From positions 5,751,319 through 5,815,318 of the forward strand of contig CM082594.2 of NCBI GenBank assembly GCA_040954595.2: a stretch of 64,000 nucleotides of DNA, given 5' to 3'. The translations under genes were made by a program, and so were the position numbers. This document shows, piece after piece, positions 63,001-64,000 of the stretch; position 1 is the stretch's first letter, and each line of letters begins with the position of its first letter. The DNA comes from Balanoglossus misakiensis. Taxonomy: Eukaryota; Animalia; Hemichordata. The notes below the pieces were generated by a model. It was given only the letters and a program-made list of their open reading frames with translations, ran no database searches and was not told the origin of the DNA.

Positions 63001-64000
63001 TTGTTGACAGAGAGAGCCAAGACGCATGGTGTCGGTAAGTGGAGCTGATTGTGAACATAATCTCAGGTGAAACTGTCAGAAGCAGAAAGAGAATGAAACT
63101 GCCTCAGTGCGATGTAGGATCTTGCTCTGCTGTGAATGTCATATCTGTGCTGGAGGGATCAAGTGGCAAATTGCATGGTGCTAGGGGATCAAATGGCATA
63201 TCACAATGCGCTTGGGGGATCAATTAACATGTAACATGGTGCTAGGGGATCAACTAACATATCACATGGTGCTAGGGGATCAGGTGGCATATCACAATGT
63301 GCTAGGGGATCAAGTAACATTTCACGTGGTGCTAGGGGATCAGGTGGCATATCACAGGGTGCTAGGGGATCAGTTAACAAATCACAAGGTGCTAGGGGTT
63401 TCATTTGAAAATAACTTGGTGCCAAGGGTTGCAACATATGTTTGTGCACATTTACATGTTTTATTTTACTGACTTAAGAGTGAACAAGTAACTGGTGTGG
63501 TTTGCAACATGCTATGCAAAACCGTGAAAGTTAACTGCTCTAGTGCAAGCAATTACCAACTAATACCACAAATTCAGCAAGTTTCGGGATGCGCTTTTTG
63601 CACAGTCACATTTGAGATTGCAGTGTATTAAGTCGCTCCTGCATTTACTCGCTTGAGCTGGCTGCGACATTTGATCGGCACTCTCTCACGGAACTGAGGT
63701 TCTGGGTTCAATTCTTTTGGGTGAGCCACCTGCAGTCATTTAACTGTAGGTTAGAGTGGAACCCACTAAAAATTAAATGTAAACTGGCTTAGTTAACATG
63801 TATGCCGGACGTTTCGAATCAGAGACAGAAAACAGAGGAAGAGGTAATGGAAAATAAGAGGTAGGTTAGAAAAACGAGAAAGAAAGAAAAAAGTGGTATA
63901 ATTTCAAATTTTTTTGAATTAACATGCCGTACATTCTGCAGACATCATCATATAATTCCTTGTTGTTTTTTTGCCCCCAATAGGTCTGGAATCTATCAAG
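57096..64000 (+). CDS. DARS1: Cytoplasmic aspartyl-tRNA synthetase, 3' truncated by the window. Exons ~57096-57133, 57889-57982, 58108-58195, 58475-58567, 60675-60777, 61018-61114, 61229-61369, 61536-61647, 61733-61867, 62024-62115, 62311-62513, 62621-62744, 62923-63034, 63984-
   Basis: Motifs [103 protein letters not shown] and [21 protein letters not shown]. Confidence 0.97.
58637..60478. mobile_element. Non-autonomous DNA transposon (1842 bp), 13-bp TIR, 4-bp TSD
   Basis: tttg|CAGCCCGAACGCA ... TGCGTTCGGGCTG|tttg. No transposase ORF; internal ~185-bp duplication at ~59860-60230. Confidence 0.85.
63147..63430. repeat. 30-bp minisatellite, about 9 copies, in a DARS1 intron
   Basis: ggtgctaggggatcaNNtrrcatatcacan recurs every 30 bp (e.g. 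63241, 63271, 63301, 63331, 63361). Confidence 0.93.

Noticed and set aside
63201-63472. DPLAPCDM repeat ORFs
   Set aside because: Translation of a 30-bp intronic minisatellite.

Overview
Eukaryotic, intron-rich animal DNA. The gene content and repeat types suggest a marine invertebrate, possibly a deuterostome; this is inference. No prokaryotic features or CRISPR are present. Left to right: (1) 1-12.3 kb is a tandemly duplicated promoter/non-coding-first-exon module (3-4 copies, minus strand), interrupted by a MITE, a dead LINE and a Helentron-like element. One copy has expanded a 66-67 bp minisatellite, and one copy sits upstream of a 183-aa death-fold (DED/PYD-like) gene with a microsatellite-encoded G/D linker. 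(2) A 4-exon, minus-strand, ~485-aa single-pass membrane protein with almost no ectodomain and six TTDS[D/V]TD repeats. (3) A 7.3-kb array of ~530-bp units with Helentron-like ends, a tRNA-like Pol III A/B-box cassette and higher-order duplications. (4) Three single-coding-exon genes sharing a C-terminal CRYLR motif, two followed by a conserved forkhead-site block. (5) A 22-exon kinesin-3 (KIF28/KLP-6-like) with a U12 AT-AC first intron rich in RFX X-boxes and a polybasic+CaaX (CTIM) tail. (6) A divergently transcribed cytoplasmic aspartyl-tRNA synthetase (DARS1), running off the right edge, with a 1.84-kb TIR element in intron 4. All gene models were assembled by eye from splice signals and frame continuity.
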